Positions 32,801-34,147 of a stretch of 34,147 nt of DNA are shown one piece after another. The DNA lies in the sequence record DRR378314_1567; one strand, given 5' to 3'. Under the pieces are notes generated by a model. It saw only the letters and a list, made by a program, of their open reading frames with translations, was not told the DNA's origin and searched no databases. A program made the translations under genes and the position numbers. How positions within the stretch are numbered: the stretch's first letter is position 1; each line of letters opens with the position of its first letter.

Positions 32801-33784
32801 GGTTGCTGTAGGTCCCCAGCGAAGGAAAATCACCGAGGACGACATTGTCAATCTCGCACGACGTTACAGTCATGTGGAAGGTATCAACGTTGCAATCCGC
32901 GTAACTGCCAAGAGGCGCCATATCTTCCGTCGCCATTCACGACAAACTTCGTCTTTTGCAATGTTTTTTCATCAGAAAGCATTTGTAGTTGGCATTTAGT
33001 TTAGTGACTGGGCGCCGGTGTGTTTCGATGGATTTGAGCGCAAGTACCTAGCTCTCCCTTTCCGCTTCTTCTCGCTGTGTCCTCGGTCGCGAATATCTCA
33101 TAAAGGCGCTCGGAATGTGATCTGCCTCTTTTCAACACGATTTTTCCTTGTTCAAGGGCGATGGATGGTATTTGTGTCTGCAGATGCAGTTGATGACGCA
33201 TTTGCAGCTGTTTCAAAGGCTCTCCTGAGTGGTCAGCTCGGAACAAGGTTTGTTTGGTCACGAGCCGAGATATCTCGTCTCGGTGTCTGGAACGGATCTA
33301 CCACGTGTCCTTTCTCGTCATTATCAGAGTACCGCAGCACGTGTAGATCGCGAAAATATTCTTGAACTTGCCTACTAAAGCAGTTATGGCGGTATATTCC
33401 CGGTGCGACCCGTCTCCGTCGTCTTTTTTATTTGATACCGTTGTGCGGTGTTGTATTCTTTTTCCCTTGTTTTGTCCATATCGGCTTCGCTCGCTGCCGG
33501 TAAACCAAAGAGTGGAAGTTTTTTTTCGTACCGCTTTCCTATCGATTGCAATGCCCTGTACTCCTTTCCCTTCACACATGACCGTGCCGTTCTTTTGACG
33601 GGAAGGCTCGTTTGCCACGCTTTTCGCGTCCTCGCATGCGAGAAGATTCTCTCGGAGCTGCTCCGCTCATTACTGGCCCTCGTTTTGTTGTTGATGTCGT
33701 TGTAGTGTTCGTGTTGCTACGAGCCCGGACGCGCAGAATTCGTACATCATTCTTGTCTCTACAAACGACTTTACGAATCAACAG
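29809..33784 (+). CDS. DUF1917 / Bles03 (C11orf68/UPF0696-like, eIF4E-like fold) protein with unrecognised N-terminal region; 3' end runs off the window
   Basis: Phase-consistent exons 29800-29958 (first in-frame ATG 29809), 30114-30187, 30357-30432, 30764-30842, 31342-31467, 31862-31980, 32270-32351, 32812-32880, 33157-33247, 33706-33784, plus an upstream intron 29722-29799. The C-terminal part ITFDPAKETIDVFLQQNKPSQ...WIEV...ALKSDWENL...LARRYSHVEGRWMVFV...VDDAFAAVSKALLSGQLG...YIILVSTNDFTN follows the DUF1917 pattern (FL...PPS, WI.V, L..AW, GKW, VD.AW..I, VICVYT.DF). The start and the linkage of the 5' exons are less certain. Confidence 0.72.
30264..30280. repeat. (CT)n microsatellite in an intron
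   Basis: CTCTCTCTCTCTCTCTC within intron 30188-30356. Confidence 0.8.
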
Positions 33785-34120
33785 GTATGTTTGTGGTTTC
33801 TTTACTAATCGTTCAATACGCTTCGCGTAGTAAGTTGTATGTGTAGATATTTTTAGTTCTGCAAAAAGTGCCTCTGAGTGTTTCTGTTCGGGAACGAGGA
33901 AGAGATTGCCGATTGTCCTATATCAGCGACGTGTGTGGATATGAAATGATCTCTTTTCTCACTGATTGAGAAAAAAAAGTGAATATCTGAACGTTATTTT
34001 TATCTCCTTTTTGCGACAGTATCACGTGTTGTATTCATTCGCTAGTTTGTTAGCGAATTACGTAGTTGAAGTTTTTCTGCGTCGGTGCTGGCAAGGAGGA
34101 AGAAGTCGTAGAGTTGGTGT

Positions 34121-34147
34121 TTTTGTTTTTGTTTTTGTTTTTTTTTT
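34121..34147. repeat. T-rich low-complexity tract at the window end
   Basis: Repeated TTTTTG units ending in poly-T; probably intronic or the sequence end. Confidence 0.7.

Overview
This is intron-rich eukaryotic nuclear DNA, probably from a flagellated protist (lineage not determinable here). The six-frame ORF track is largely misleading because the genes are split. Manual GT-AG splicing with phase-consistent junctions gives seven protein-coding genes: a lipase maturation factor (LMF1-like, +, 7 exons), the axonemal inner-arm dynein chain DNAI7/CASC1/IC97 (-, 20 exons, first coding exon is only ATG), a TEY-type MAP kinase (+, 9 exons), a disordered RAD51AP1-like protein (-, 4 exons), a mitochondrial-type asparaginyl-tRNA synthetase (+, 6 exons), glutathione reductase (+, 10 exons), and a 3'-truncated DUF1917/Bles03 (C11orf68-like) gene with an unrecognised N-terminal region (+). 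The most notable points are an apparently colinear RAD51AP1 homologue in a non-vertebrate, a strong +4C donor consensus (GTNCG in 43 of 61 modelled introns), telomere-repeat-like motifs in two promoters, and the DUF1917 fusion. No rRNA, tRNA, CRISPR array or mobile element was seen. All homologies rest on recalled motifs and were not database-searched.
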